DNA of 64,000 bases, from positions 85,520 through 149,519 of the forward strand of contig JBAZWC010000002.1 in NCBI GenBank assembly GCA_041660565.1, read 5' to 3'. The DNA is from Patescibacteria group bacterium (lineage in GTDB: Bacteria; Patescibacteriota; UBA1384; CAJBMM01). The stretch's first letter is position 1. Each line of letters starts with the position of its first letter. This document shows positions 9,436 through 18,378 of this stretch, one piece after another. The translations under genes and the position numbers were made by a program. The notes under the pieces were generated by a model that was given only the letters and a program-made list of their open reading frames with translations, made no database searches and was not told where the DNA came from.

Positions 9436-9560
9436 AATTTTAAATTCTAAAGCATGAAACTTGCGAGCTCGGCTCGCACAGTTACGAAATTGCTGAAGCA
9501 ATTATAAATTTTAAAAAGGTTCCTTATTTAGTCATTTAAAATTGGCAACCATTCATTTGA
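9436..9560 (+). repeat. R2 composite AT-rich interspersed repeat, copy 1 (both modules)
   Basis: Contains module GCATGAAACTTGCGAGCTCGGCTCGCACAGTTACGAAATTGCTGAAGCAATT and module AAGGTTCCTTATTTAGTCATTTAAAATTGGCAACCATTCATTTGA. Both reappear (inverted) at 45561-45745. Confidence 0.75.
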
Positions 9561-9642
9561 TAATCCCGAGCGTTCCGCGAGTGATTTCGATGCTAAGCAT
9601 CTAATTAAAAATTAAAAAATTTATATTTCACTTTCACGGATT

Positions 9643-10182
9643 GTGAAGTTTTGCTTGATCTACTATACTAATTCTATGCCACCTAATCCGCAAGTTATCA
9701 CCACCACACGTGCTACAGCCGTACCGATGCTCTCATCTGAAACGGAGATTTTTCGCGTACATAAAAGTTACTTTTTCCTAATTGCCCCGATTATTTTTGT
9801 CTCCCTGGTTGGAATAGCACTGATTATCGCCATAAACGTGCTCTCAAATCAGATCCCAACAAACTTAATTAACTACTTACGTATTGGCATTATTGCGATG
9901 ATCGTCTTTATTGATGCTTTAATTTGGTTTGATTGGCTGACTACTATCTATACCTTAACCAATCGAAGAATACAGTACCGTTTTGGTGTTATTGGCGAAC
10001 AAACAAAAACTATTGCCCTAGATCAGATCACCGACAACAAGGTGGTTATCGGTATTTTTGGACGCATTTTTAACTATGGCGATGTGGTAATAGATGCCGC
10101 CCATATTAATAGCACTATTTCATTCAAAGGAATCGGCTCTGCTGAAAGCCGAAAAGATCAGATTGACAATGCAAAAGGGTAA
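9643..10182 (+). CDS. Membrane protein with bacterial PH (bPH_2) domain, divergent paralog of 8805..9314
   Basis: 179 aa. FRVHKSYFFLIAP motif, two TM helices, C-terminal PH-like region. Start may be internal (MPPNPQ). Confidence 0.6.
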   Translation: MKFCLIYYTNSMPPNPQVITTTRATAVPMLSSETEIFRVHKSYFFLIAPIIFVSLVGIALIIAINVLSNQIPTNLINYLRIGIIAMIVFIDALIWFDWLTTIYTLTNRRIQYRFGVIGEQTKTIALDQITDNKVVIGIFGRIFNYGDVVIDAAHINSTISFKGIGSAESRKDQIDNAKG

Positions 10183-10240
10183 ATTTTTAGGGCCGGCCGC
10201 GTAACAACGCAACCGACCCTACCTCCCCCTCGTCAAGTCA

Positions 10241-10339
10241 GACCCTCCTTAGGTCTTTGATATAGTCTCGAATCTCCGCCACTAGGACGATAACCAACGC
10301 GGGCAGAAACTCGAACCACACTCCGAGAATCTTCATCGT
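10241..10339 (-). CDS. Small (32-aa) single-TM membrane peptide, island B
   Basis: MKILGVWFEFLPALVIVLVAEIRDYIKDLRRV, with perfect RBS GAGGAGGG 7 nt upstream of ATG. Below the 60-aa cutoff of the ORF track. Immediately downstream of the 167-aa membrane protein, same strand. Confidence 0.45.
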
Positions 10340-10435
10340 GCTGCCCTCCTCAATCCTGAGAAAGACTACCGCCGAAGTGGGTGATGATGACCCACATCCC
10401 GATCACCCACTCCAGGGCTGCACGGAGCACCGATA

Positions 10436-10939
10436 TCATCTTGCCATCCTCCTTCTGACCTCTACCCTTCCCGGGTGACGAGGTCGCGGAGACATCCGAG
10501 CACGACCACCCTCGGTTGTGATCAGTCGGAGAGGGCGGTATTCCTGTCGTCGGCGGGCGCGCCTGACCTTGACGATCAGATACAGCCCCACCATGCCAAC
10601 CGCAACAGCGTAAAAGCGGTTGATGTTGAGCCAGTCGGTGATCTGTATTGTGCCCAGATCCTCGAAGGCTGTATTGTACAGCCAGATGGACGCCGGGCGA
10701 ATCGCCCATACCCACGCGGCCCAAAGCGAGCCGCAGCAGATGGCGATGATCCCACCCCAAACGGTGGAGTTAATCATCGCCCAGCGGTTGTCCGACAACC
10801 ACTGGCGGATCGAATCGCGGCAGATGTACGCCGACGCAATCGCCGAAGCGATTACCATCGCCGCGAGCCACATCACGGGGGAGTCTTGCCCCCACATCGC
10901 ACGATAAAACGCGTGCGACATGTTGTAATCGTCGTTCAT
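10436..10939 (-). CDS. Hypothetical integral membrane protein with Arg-rich C-terminal tail (GC-rich island B)
   Basis: 167 aa, 3-4 predicted TM helices, RBS GGAAGG upstream. GC-rich codon usage. No recognisable family. Confidence 0.5.
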   Translation of the reverse strand: MNDDYNMSHAFYRAMWGQDSPVMWLAAMVIASAIASAYICRDSIRQWLSDNRWAMINSTVWGGIIAICCGSLWAAWVWAIRPASIWLYNTAFEDLGTIQITDWLNINRFYAVAVGMVGLYLIVKVRRARRRQEYRPLRLITTEGGRARMSPRPRHPGRVEVRRRMAR

Positions 10940-11070
10940 GTCCGTTACCTTCCTCCCGCTTCATCGCGAGAAAAAATGAGACGAAACTGTGTTGTTCAAG
11001 AGCAATCTCAGCTACTTACAGCTCAGCATTATTACTTATATTATACACCCTACGTGTGTGTTTGTCAACC

Positions 11071-13197
11071 CTAAACCTCTATCACTACCGGTACCACCAT
11101 CGGGCGGCGCTGGGTTTTAGTATACAGAAATTCGCCCAGTTTTTCCCGAATATCGTTTTTGAATAAGTTTGCATCTAGCGCACGAGTCTCGGTATGTCTG
11201 GAAAAGTGCTTTTTCACTTCGGCTCGGGCAGCATGCACCAAATCTTCATTTTCACGCATATAAATGAATCCACGTGAAATGATATCGGGCGATGTTACCA
11301 TCTTGCCGGTGTTGTGATCTAGCGTAACAATTACCACAAAGATACCGTCTTCGGCCATCACGCGACGATCACGCAACACAATATTACCCACGTCACCGAT
11401 ACCTAAACCATCTACCATTACGTAACCGGCAGGCACACGCTCTTCGCTAACTCGTCCCACACCGCCGGAGAACTCTAGTACCTGACCATTATCACAGATC
11501 AGTACGTTTTCGGCCGGAATGCCCAAACTTTGCCCCAGTTGCCCGTGCATCACCAATTTATGGCGTTCGCCATGAATTGGCACCAAATGTTTTGGTTGCA
11601 CTAGCGAGAGCATTAGTTTTAAGTCTTCTTGGTAGGCGTGGCCGGAACTATGGATGTCAATCATCTTGTTATAAATAACTTTAGCACCCTGTCTAAGCAG
11701 GTTATCCATGACAGATGAGATTGATTTCTCGTTACCCGGAATTGGTGATGTGGCAAGCACAATCGTATCACCTTTTTTGACCCGTACTTGACGATGTTCA
11801 CCGGTTGAAATACGGTACAATCCCGACATTTCTTCGCCCTGTGCGCCGGTTGAGATAATACAAATCTTGTCATCTGGGTATTTACCGATGTCTCTAATAT
11901 CAATCAGCGTATCCGCTGGCAATTTGATTGCGTCAATCGATAGCGCGGCGTCCACATTATCCACCATACTACGTCCAACCAGCGCTACTTTGCGTCCGGT
12001 TTTGGCCGAAGCGTTTAGCACTTGCTGAATACGTGAGATAAGCGAGGCAAACATTGCTACCATAATGCGCCCGTTGGTGTGATTTTCAAAAATATCTACC
12101 AAGTTTTTTTCGATTTCGCGTTCGGAAATTGAGTGACCTTGTTTATCAATGTTAGTCGATTCCGAAAACAACGCCAACGGCTGAGTAGCCGATAGTTGAG
12201 CGATACGACGCAAGTCGGTTGGTCGCCCGTCGGATGGAGTATGATCTAACTTCCAGTCGGTACAGTACATTAACATACCTTCTGGGGTAAAGACCGCTAG
12301 ACCCATTGCGTCTGGAATAGAGTGCGCCAAGCGGAATGATTCCACTTTGAACACGCCGAATTGCAACACGTCAACGCCAATTTGAATAACGTTAACCGCC
12401 ACTTTACCAACCAAACCAAACTCTTCCAGTCGTTTTTCCACTAGTTTTGCGGTTAGAGGTGAGGTAAATATCGGCGGATTACCCAGTTTGCCAATCAAAT
12501 AAGGCACGGCACCAATGTGATCCAAGTGACCGTGAGTAATTACTACGCCGCGAATTTTATCTTTGCGTTCTTCTAAGTACGAGACATCCGGGATGACATA
12601 GTCGATACCCAACATCGCCTCGTCTGGGAACATCAAACCCATATCAATAATCATGATGTCATTACCATATTCGATGGCGGTCATATTTTTACCGATTTCT
12701 TCCACACCACCCAACGGGATAACGCGCAATTTTGGTGTGGCGGTCTGGCTGGACATTGGCTGAGTTGGAACTGCAGCGTGTCCGCTATCGCCGTTATGAA
12801 TTAAAGCTTTACCGGTAAAGAAGTCATCGATGCTTTTTTTCTCACGTCGGTTACGCGTATTTCGACGGGCAGGACGACTGGTTCTGGTGTCATCAGCTTT
12901 ATGAGCCGGTGTTTGAGTTGGGCGGGTTGTAGTTGGACGTTGAATGTTAGTTCTTTCTGGAGCACGATACTCCGAAACCGGCTGCCGCGAAATTGCTGCA
13001 ACCATGTCTGTGGCTGGCTTTGGCATCTGGCCATTACCGCCTTTGGTTAAATTTGATAATACTGATTCCGCTGACGGAAATTTTGAGGCCGGTTTTTGGG
13101 CTTCCTCGGATTGGCGTTTGATTCTTTCGATATCAAATGCCGGCTGGCTACCTTGTGCAGCCATAGGTTGATTGTTGTTTGGTGTTTCTTCCACCAT
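11071..13197 (-). CDS. rnj: Ribonuclease J (metallo-beta-lactamase/beta-CASP RNase) with ~190-aa low-complexity N-terminal extension
   Basis: HGHLDHIGAVPYL motif, beta-CASP and C-terminal domain. Start chosen at ATG 13197 (RBS GAAAGGAAC) rather than track start 13233. Confidence 0.9.
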   Translation of the reverse strand: MVEETPNNNQPMAAQGSQPAFDIERIKRQSEEAQKPASKFPSAESVLSNLTKGGNGQMPKPATDMVAAISRQPVSEYRAPERTNIQRPTTTRPTQTPAHKADDTRTSRPARRNTRNRREKKSIDDFFTGKALIHNGDSGHAAVPTQPMSSQTATPKLRVIPLGGVEEIGKNMTAIEYGNDIMIIDMGLMFPDEAMLGIDYVIPDVSYLEERKDKIRGVVITHGHLDHIGAVPYLIGKLGNPPIFTSPLTAKLVEKRLEEFGLVGKVAVNVIQIGVDVLQFGVFKVESFRLAHSIPDAMGLAVFTPEGMLMYCTDWKLDHTPSDGRPTDLRRIAQLSATQPLALFSESTNIDKQGHSISEREIEKNLVDIFENHTNGRIMVAMFASLISRIQQVLNASAKTGRKVALVGRSMVDNVDAALSIDAIKLPADTLIDIRDIGKYPDDKICIISTGAQGEEMSGLYRISTGEHRQVRVKKGDTIVLATSPIPGNEKSISSVMDNLLRQGAKVIYNKMIDIHSSGHAYQEDLKLMLSLVQPKHLVPIHGERHKLVMHGQLGQSLGIPAENVLICDNGQVLEFSGGVGRVSEERVPAGYVMVDGLGIGDVGNIVLRDRRVMAEDGIFVVIVTLDHNTGKMVTSPDIISRGFIYMRENEDLVHAARAEVKKHFSRHTETRALDANLFKNDIREKLGEFLYTKTQRRPMVVPVVIEV

Positions 13198-13238
13198 GTT
13201 CCTTTCTGTATTGAAACAAATAGTTCGTTTCAAAATTG

Positions 13239-13826
13239 TTATTTTTTGTCGATTAATTGATCGATTTTTTTAATTATTGCTGGGATGCGGCCAAAATCGT
13301 CCATTAGCGTCTGGCGCAAACCACCGTTATGCAGCGCCGCAGCCGGATGATAAAGGGGTAAAATGTATAAATCGCCACGATGCTTGGGTTGGCCATGAAC
13401 TTCGGATATCTTAAAACCGGGTAAAAAATAGTTCATTGAATGCCTGCCTAAACAGACGATTAACTTTGGATTGATAAATTTGATTTGTGCTTCTAAATAG
13501 GGCAAACATGCCGCTTTTTCTTCGTCTTCCGGATCACGATTTTCCGGTGGACGGCATTTGACAATGTTGGTAATAAAAACTTGGGTGCGATCTAAATTGA
13601 TACTGTTAAGCATTTCGTCTAAAAATTTGCCGGCGTTTCCCACAAACGGACGCCCCAACTTGTCTTCGTTAAATCCCGGGCCTTCGCCCACAAACAGAAT
13701 TTCTGATTGAGGATTTCCTTCACCCGGAACCGAATTTAATCGAGTGCGATGCAAGGGGCAACGCTCACAGACGCGGACTTGATTTGCCACATCGGACAGA
13801 TCATTAAACCCTAGTACATCGGGCAC
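13239..13826 (-). CDS. Uracil-DNA glycosylase, family 4
   Basis: 195 aa. CERCPLH…, GEGPGFNEDKLGRPFVGNAGKFLDEML and HPAAAL motifs typical of family-4 UDG. Confidence 0.85.
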   Translation of the reverse strand: MPDVLGFNDLSDVANQVRVCERCPLHRTRLNSVPGEGNPQSEILFVGEGPGFNEDKLGRPFVGNAGKFLDEMLNSINLDRTQVFITNIVKCRPPENRDPEDEEKAACLPYLEAQIKFINPKLIVCLGRHSMNYFLPGFKISEVHGQPKHRGDLYILPLYHPAAALHNGGLRQTLMDDFGRIPAIIKKIDQLIDKK

Positions 13827-13995
13827 AAGACTCCTTGAAATAGGTTAGTTGATGAAAAACATATTTTTAGTACAAAATATTTACGTTCTAAGTGTAGCAC
13901 ATAGGATTAATATTGTCAATAGCAAAGTGTTGCGTCAGAATCGAAAAAGTGATATAACATAGTTAGCTACATCATCCCGATGGAGGAGAAACGCG

Positions 13996-14268
13996 ATGAC
14001 GGATCAGGTAATTCATCACGCTGTAACGCCCTCAGAAGAGGAGCCGATCACGCTGACCAAGCGCGAGACCGAGATCCTTACGCTGGTAATCGAGGGCCGG
14101 TCAAGCCAGGAAGTAGCCGACATGCTGTACGTCTCCAAGCGGACAATCGACTTCCACTTGGCGAACATCTACGAAAAGTTGCAGGTGAGCAACCGCGTGC
14201 AGGCCTTCCGGCGAGCAGCTCGCCTAGGCTTGATCCCGTTCGACCCGCACTTCGGAGAATCCGAGTGA
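13996..14268 (+). CDS. LuxR/GerE-type HTH solo transcriptional regulator (GC-rich island C)
   Basis: 90 aa. LTKRETEILTLVIEGRSSQEVADMLYVSKRTIDFHLANIYEKLQVSNRVQA is a canonical GerE/LuxR C-terminal HTH. RBS GGAGGAG upstream. Promoter-like TTGCGT-17-TATAAC at about 13935-13965. Confidence 0.8.
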   Translation: MTDQVIHHAVTPSEEEPITLTKRETEILTLVIEGRSSQEVADMLYVSKRTIDFHLANIYEKLQVSNRVQAFRRAARLGLIPFDPHFGESE

Positions 14269-14370
14269 CGACCCAGCCCAGTTTACGCGCCCGCGACAAA
14301 CCACCGTCATCGGGCGCCTTCTTTTTGCAGACACTTGACCCCGTCAGAGGTAATCGTCTCTAACGGGGTT

Positions 14371-14400
14371 GACATTACTCACCTAATCGCGTATTATAAT
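14371..14400 (+). promoter_or_regulatory. Near-consensus sigma70 promoter (TTGACA-17-TATTAT/TATAAT)
   Basis: ttgacattactcacctaatcgcgtattataat has a perfect -35 hexamer, 17-bp spacer and -10 TATTAT overlapping TATAAT. No ORF with a plausible RBS follows. Confidence 0.6.
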
Positions 14401-14404
14401 GGAT

Positions 14405-14690
14405 GTGCGAGGAATGGAGCACGCGCACAGTCGCACTGTTCGAGTTGCCACCCCGCTTAGCGGGGTAATCGGGACGTCAGCGGGACGCCCAGCGTCCTTA
14501 GCGTTCCACCATTTCGCCTACCTCGTCGGCCGGGGGGGAGAGGCAGGCGAAACGCCGGGTTGACGCGGGACTGTTTGGTACCCCCTTCCGGTCCCGCTCC
14601 CCGTCGCAATCATACCGCTCCTTTTCGGGAGCGAACGTCTCACCCGGGTGCCAACAGTGTTGTTGGTGCCCGGTTTTCTTTTATCTAAAA
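14405..14690 (+). ncRNA. Candidate structured non-coding RNA (~285 nt, GC-rich), class unknown
   Basis: Lies between the consensus promoter and an intrinsic terminator. Multiple strong local hairpins (CCCCGC-UUAG-GCGGGG, GGACGC-CCAG-GCGUCC, GCGGGAC...GUCCCGC, GCUCC-UUUUC-GGGAGC). No convincing ORF. Next gene is on the opposite strand. Confidence 0.4.
14648..14690 (+). terminator. Rho-independent terminator of the candidate ncRNA
   Basis: CCCGGGUGCCAACA-GUG-UUGUUGGUGCCCGG stem followed by UUUUCUUUUAU. Confidence 0.6.
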
Positions 14691-14710
14691 TTCCAATTTA
14701 TCCAATTTGC

Positions 14711-15598
14711 CTAATTAAGCCAATTTGAACTGTTTTTTATCACTCCGGCCGTCGTAACAGTACCACTTTTTATTCTGACCAAAATGTATTTCAACGCTAG
14801 CCAAAACCCCCAAAACTGCTCCCACCGCCGATGGACTAAAGCGTTAACTACGTGAAACGGCATCCAAAATAAATGCACCAGCAACATGGGCAAGTTGTCT
14901 ATCGCCCGCCAGGTAAAAAGATACGCACCCTTCCAGCCATGGGCTTTTTTTATTAATGGCGTTGCCACCATCGAAGTAGTTGATTCATGATGGTGAATAC
15001 AGCGGCTTTTTGGCACAAATATCGATTTCCAACCTTTTTTCCAAGCCCGAAAACACAAATCGGCATCTTCCCAATAAAACGGCCGAAAAATTGGTGAAAA
15101 TCCACCTAAATCTAAAAACTTTTGCCGATTAAAAGCGCCGGCGCCACCACTAACGTAGAAAGTGTTTATCGGATCGCTAAATTTACGGTCAGGATACATC
15201 TCAAACACCGGCCGATGGCGCAACAAGCCCCGTTTCCACTCTGCCACCGTTCCCCCATCGTCGTATTCATGATCACCAGCAACGACACGCTGATACGCGC
15301 CAACCGCAAAAACTTTGTCATCCTCTAATTCTTTATATAACGGACTGAAAAAATCACCCTCGGTTTGAATATCGGTATTCAGCAACACCACAATGTCTGT
15401 TTTGGTCATTTTCACCGCGCGGTTATAACCATCGCCAAAGCCGTAATTCTGATCAAATGGCACCCATTTGGCGATTTTATGATCTTTAACCACCTGCGCA
15501 CTGTTATCTTTTGAGCCGTTATCAACCACAATCACTTCAGTTGAAATGCTCGCCAGACTAGCCGATTTTATCACCGACGCCAAATTCCGGCGCAGCAA
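14711..15598 (-). CDS. Glycosyltransferase family 2
   Basis: 295 aa. VIVVDNGSKDNS (DxD-context) and GGAGAFNRQKF motifs of GT-A fold GT2 enzymes. Confidence 0.8.
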   Translation of the reverse strand: MLRRNLASVIKSASLASISTEVIVVDNGSKDNSAQVVKDHKIAKWVPFDQNYGFGDGYNRAVKMTKTDIVVLLNTDIQTEGDFFSPLYKELEDDKVFAVGAYQRVVAGDHEYDDGGTVAEWKRGLLRHRPVFEMYPDRKFSDPINTFYVSGGAGAFNRQKFLDLGGFSPIFRPFYWEDADLCFRAWKKGWKSIFVPKSRCIHHHESTTSMVATPLIKKAHGWKGAYLFTWRAIDNLPMLLVHLFWMPFHVVNALVHRRWEQFWGFWLALKYILVRIKSGTVTTAGVIKNSSNWLN

Positions 15599-15746
15599 CC
15601 CCTCGCCATTGTAGTTTAAAATAATTACAGAAGCAGTTTTTATATCGTTTCTTTCTGCACTCAGATTACCAAAATCTGATCCGTTATGATAGGTTGGACT
15701 AGCCCTGAGGCGATATTTGTTGTATAACTAGACCAGGAGATAACAA

Positions 15747-16820
15747 ATGTCACTAAATATTGGGATTGTTGGACTGCCAAACGTGGGAAAATCGACGTTG
15801 TTTAATGCGCTGACCAAATCCGGCCAAGCCGCGGCAGAGAACTACCCATTTTGCACCATCGAGCCAAACGTGGGCATTGTGCCGGTGCCAGATGATCGCC
15901 TGCAAAAACTGGCAGATGTAGTTAAAACCAACAAACTAATCCCCGCCACCGTGCAATTTGTCGATATTGCCGGGCTGGTGGCCGGCGCGCACAAGGGTGA
16001 GGGTTTGGGCAATCAGTTTTTAGCCCACATTCGCGAAACCGATGCTATCGCCATGGTGGTGCGCTGTTTTACCGATGAAAATGTGATCCACGTGACGGGC
16101 ACTGTTGACCCCAAATCTGACATCGAAACCATCAAACTAGAACTAATCTTAGCCGACCTGCAAACGGTGACAAAAATGCGCGGCGTGGCAGAAACCAAAG
16201 CCAAAGGCCACGACAAAGAGGCAATGGTTCTGTTTACCGCGTTAAATAAAGTTGAACACACCTTAAATCAAGAACAACTTGCGAGCCTTGCCGATCTTGG
16301 CGATGACGAGCGAAGCGCTATCAATTCGATTCAATTATTAACCAACAAACCGTTTCTTTACATTGGCAATGTTAGCGAAGCAGATGTGAACAAAGATCCG
16401 AGTGATTTTGGCCTACCAAGTGACGCAATTTTGATCTCGGCCAAAGTGGAATCGGAGTTAGTATCGCTTACTGACAGCGAACAAGCGGAATACCTAGCTG
16501 CACTTGGACTAAATGAATCTGGTTTAACCCGATTAATCCATCGCGCCTACAAAACTTTGGGCTTGCAATACTTTTTCACCGCTGGGCCAAAGGAAGTGCG
16601 GGCATGGACTATTCACCAAGGCTCAACCGCGCCAATTGCCGCCGGCGTTATTCATACCGATTTTATTAAAGGATTTATTCGCGCCGAAGTAATGTCTTAT
16701 GATGATTTAATTACTCTGGGATCTGAACTAAAAGTAAAAGAAGCCGGCAAATTGCGCATTGAGGGCAAGGATTACGTGATGCGCGAAGGCGACGTGGTAC
16801 ATTTTAGGGTAACGAGCTAG
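15747..16820 (+). CDS. ychF: Ribosome-binding ATPase YchF (Obg-family GTPase)
   Basis: 357 aa. G1 GIVGLPNVGKSTLFNALT, FVDIAGLV, C-terminal TGS domain. Confidence 0.92.
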   Translation: MSLNIGIVGLPNVGKSTLFNALTKSGQAAAENYPFCTIEPNVGIVPVPDDRLQKLADVVKTNKLIPATVQFVDIAGLVAGAHKGEGLGNQFLAHIRETDAIAMVVRCFTDENVIHVTGTVDPKSDIETIKLELILADLQTVTKMRGVAETKAKGHDKEAMVLFTALNKVEHTLNQEQLASLADLGDDERSAINSIQLLTNKPFLYIGNVSEADVNKDPSDFGLPSDAILISAKVESELVSLTDSEQAEYLAALGLNESGLTRLIHRAYKTLGLQYFFTAGPKEVRAWTIHQGSTAPIAAGVIHTDFIKGFIRAEVMSYDDLITLGSELKVKEAGKLRIEGKDYVMREGDVVHFRVTS

Positions 16821-16827
16821 TATTTAT

Positions 16828-16860
16828 TGTCATTCCGGATTTAATCCGGAATCTATATAA
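16828..16860 (+). repeat. R1 hairpin repeat copy e (TGTCATTCCGGATTTAATCCGGAATCTATATAA)
   Basis: Core identical to copy a (which starts GCCATTCC). 8 nt after ychF stop, at the left edge of GC-rich island D. Confidence 0.85.
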
Positions 16861-17026
16861 TTAAATTCTTTTTATAGCATGAACTCCGGGTCATGCCCTT
16901 AAGTGACAGCTGCTGACGTTTGACATATCAAATAATAAGCGTAAAGTAGTTTTTAATGCCTCAATCGCTCGAATGAGGAGCACTTTTCACATACATGTCG
17001 GCTCGGTAGGCCAAAAGGAGGCCAGC

Positions 17027-17254
17027 GTGGCGATACAGGAAGACGGAATCCCCAACGACCAAGACTGTATCCCCGCACCCGGGGAGAAAGCCGTGCGTCT
17101 GCTACTCGAGGACAATGCCAACCTACGCAGGGTGAACGAGGAGTTACGCGCGGCCAATGCAGACCTTCGCAGCAAGCTGATGGCAGCAACAGGACGGATT
17201 ACTGCCCTGACGCGCCGGACAGATGTTCAACCCGCCACCCCAACGCGCACGTGA
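17027..17254 (+). CDS. Small coiled-coil protein (island D, gene 1)
   Basis: Track ORF 16973..17254. A more likely start is GTG 17027 after RBS AAAGGAGG. Heptad-rich LEDNANLRRVNEELRAANADLRSKL. Upstream promoter-like TTGACA-16-TAAAGT at about 16920-16950. Confidence 0.45.
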   Translation: MAIQEDGIPNDQDCIPAPGEKAVRLLLEDNANLRRVNEELRAANADLRSKLMAATGRITALTRRTDVQPATPTRT

Positions 17255-17266
17255 AGGAGAGAACGC

Positions 17267-18004
17267 ATGTGCCCACCGCATTCCGTTGAGGAAGCGTCGA
17301 CTGACCCATACGACACAATCGACCTTCTTGAACAAGACATCGAGAGTCGCGACCGAACCATTGCTGATCTGCGCCGAGAGAACGCCCAGCTGTTGACCCG
17401 CGTCAACGAGCTTGGTCAGCAGAAAGCCACAGCTGAGACGCTAGCTGAGGATCTCCAGCGAGACATAGCGCTGTTGCGCCGTGAGATCCAGCGCTTGCAA
17501 TGTCAGGACACAACCACGCAGCCTGAAGATGCACCGCCAGCAACGCCATGGTTTGCGAACATCAGTTTCAGCACGAACGCATGGGAAGTGCTTGCCGTGC
17601 GTGCACCGGCGGTTGCCCGCGAGTTCAGCGAGAACTACGTCTCCACAGAGCATCTGTTGCTCGCGATACTCCGAGTTCCCGATTGTACTGCGGCGAAGTT
17701 TCTGGACTATCGCGGTGTCACCGAGCGCATCATTGCCGAGGTAAACCGGCAAGCGATGCGGGGAGATGATCGAACAACGGCTGAACCGCAACTAACCCCG
17801 CGCTGCAAGCGATGTGTCGAATTAGCGATCAACGAAGCTGCGGGCGACACTTTCGGCACCGGATACATGCTGCTCGGTTTGATCCAAGACGGTGAAGGTC
17901 TGGCGGCTCGTGTCTTGACCAAGATCTGCGGCGTGACACTCGAATCGGCTCGACGGGAGCTTCAAGCGCTGCGCCAACCCAATCCCACCCCAACGCCTGC
18001 GTAA
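17267..18004 (+). CDS. Coiled-coil protein with C-terminal double Clp_N (Clp amino-terminal R) domain (island D, gene 2)
   Basis: 245 aa. N-terminal coiled coil (DLRRENAQLLTRVNELGQQKATAETLAEDLQRDIALLRREIQRLQ), then two Clp_N-like repeats (FSTNAWEVLAVRAPAVAREFSENYVSTEHLLLAILR ... ELAINEAAGDTFGTGYMLLGLIQDGEGLAARVL). RBS GAAGGAGA. Confidence 0.6.
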   Translation: MCPPHSVEEASTDPYDTIDLLEQDIESRDRTIADLRRENAQLLTRVNELGQQKATAETLAEDLQRDIALLRREIQRLQCQDTTTQPEDAPPATPWFANISFSTNAWEVLAVRAPAVAREFSENYVSTEHLLLAILRVPDCTAAKFLDYRGVTERIIAEVNRQAMRGDDRTTAEPQLTPRCKRCVELAINEAAGDTFGTGYMLLGLIQDGEGLAARVLTKICGVTLESARRELQALRQPNPTPTPA

Positions 18005-18017
18005 AGGAAAGAGCGCC

Positions 18018-18326
18018 ATGCCGACAGACGATAGCCCCGAAGCGAGGATCGAGAGTCAGCGAACGTACATCCAGCAACTCGAGAGAGAGAAGGCTCAGCT
18101 GTCGCAAGAGCTCGCCGACGTCAGGCAGGAGATCCAGACCACCAGGAACTCGCTGCGGGAAGCACAGGAAACGCTGGCGGGGGTCGCGCCGGAAAAGCTC
18201 GAGCTTCTCGGACAGCTGCGAACCGAGCAGACGCGAAACCGCCAACTGGAGGACCGATTGGGTCTGCTCCGGTCGGTTAGCGACCAACTTTCCGCCCTAT
18301 CCGCGGAATACCCTCCGATCGAGTAG
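18018..18326 (+). CDS. Small coiled-coil protein (island D, gene 3)
   Basis: 102 aa, continuous heptads (IQQLEREKAQLSQELADVRQEIQTTRNSLREAQETL). RBS AAAGGAAAGAG. Confidence 0.5.
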   Translation: MPTDDSPEARIESQRTYIQQLEREKAQLSQELADVRQEIQTTRNSLREAQETLAGVAPEKLELLGQLRTEQTRNRQLEDRLGLLRSVSDQLSALSAEYPPIE

Positions 18327-18329
18327 CCC

Positions 18330-18378
18330 ACTTGCCCCCATCCGCTTGCGGACATGGGGGCTTGCTTTTTTGAAAAAT
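18330..18378 (+). terminator. Rho-independent terminator closing island D
   Basis: CCCCCATCCGCTTGCGGACATGGGGG hairpin followed by CTTGCTTTTTT. Confidence 0.6.

Noticed and set aside
10290-10315. tRNA T-arm-like GGTTCGAGTTTC
   Set aside because: No cloverleaf context (no acceptor stem or anticodon arm), and it lies inside the small-peptide coding frame. No tRNA genes identified anywhere in the window by eye.
10475-11074. 199-aa + strand ORF (and 10350..10760, 10620..10907, 10770..10964)
   Set aside because: Arg/Pro-rich antisense or frame-shifted readings typical of GC-rich DNA. The minus-strand membrane protein with RBS is the credible coding frame.
14078-14363. ORFs 14078..14299 (-) and 13980..14363 (+) overlapping the LuxR gene
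   Set aside because: Alternative frames of the GC-rich LuxR region with Arg-rich junk translation. The LuxR frame has the RBS and a canonical HTH.
14407-14560. 49-aa ORF (MEHAHSRTVRVATPLSG…) inside the candidate ncRNA
   Set aside because: ATG is 1-2 nt from the only purine-rich stretch. The sequence is dominated by stem-loops. Retained only as an alternative in the ncRNA finding.
17441-18355. Minus-strand ORFs 17441..17791, 17707..17922, 17829..18287, 18095..18355 and + frames 17481..17744, 17548..17769
   Set aside because: Overlapping antisense or alternate frames of island D. Only the three + strand ORFs have RBSs and coiled-coil or Clp_N features.
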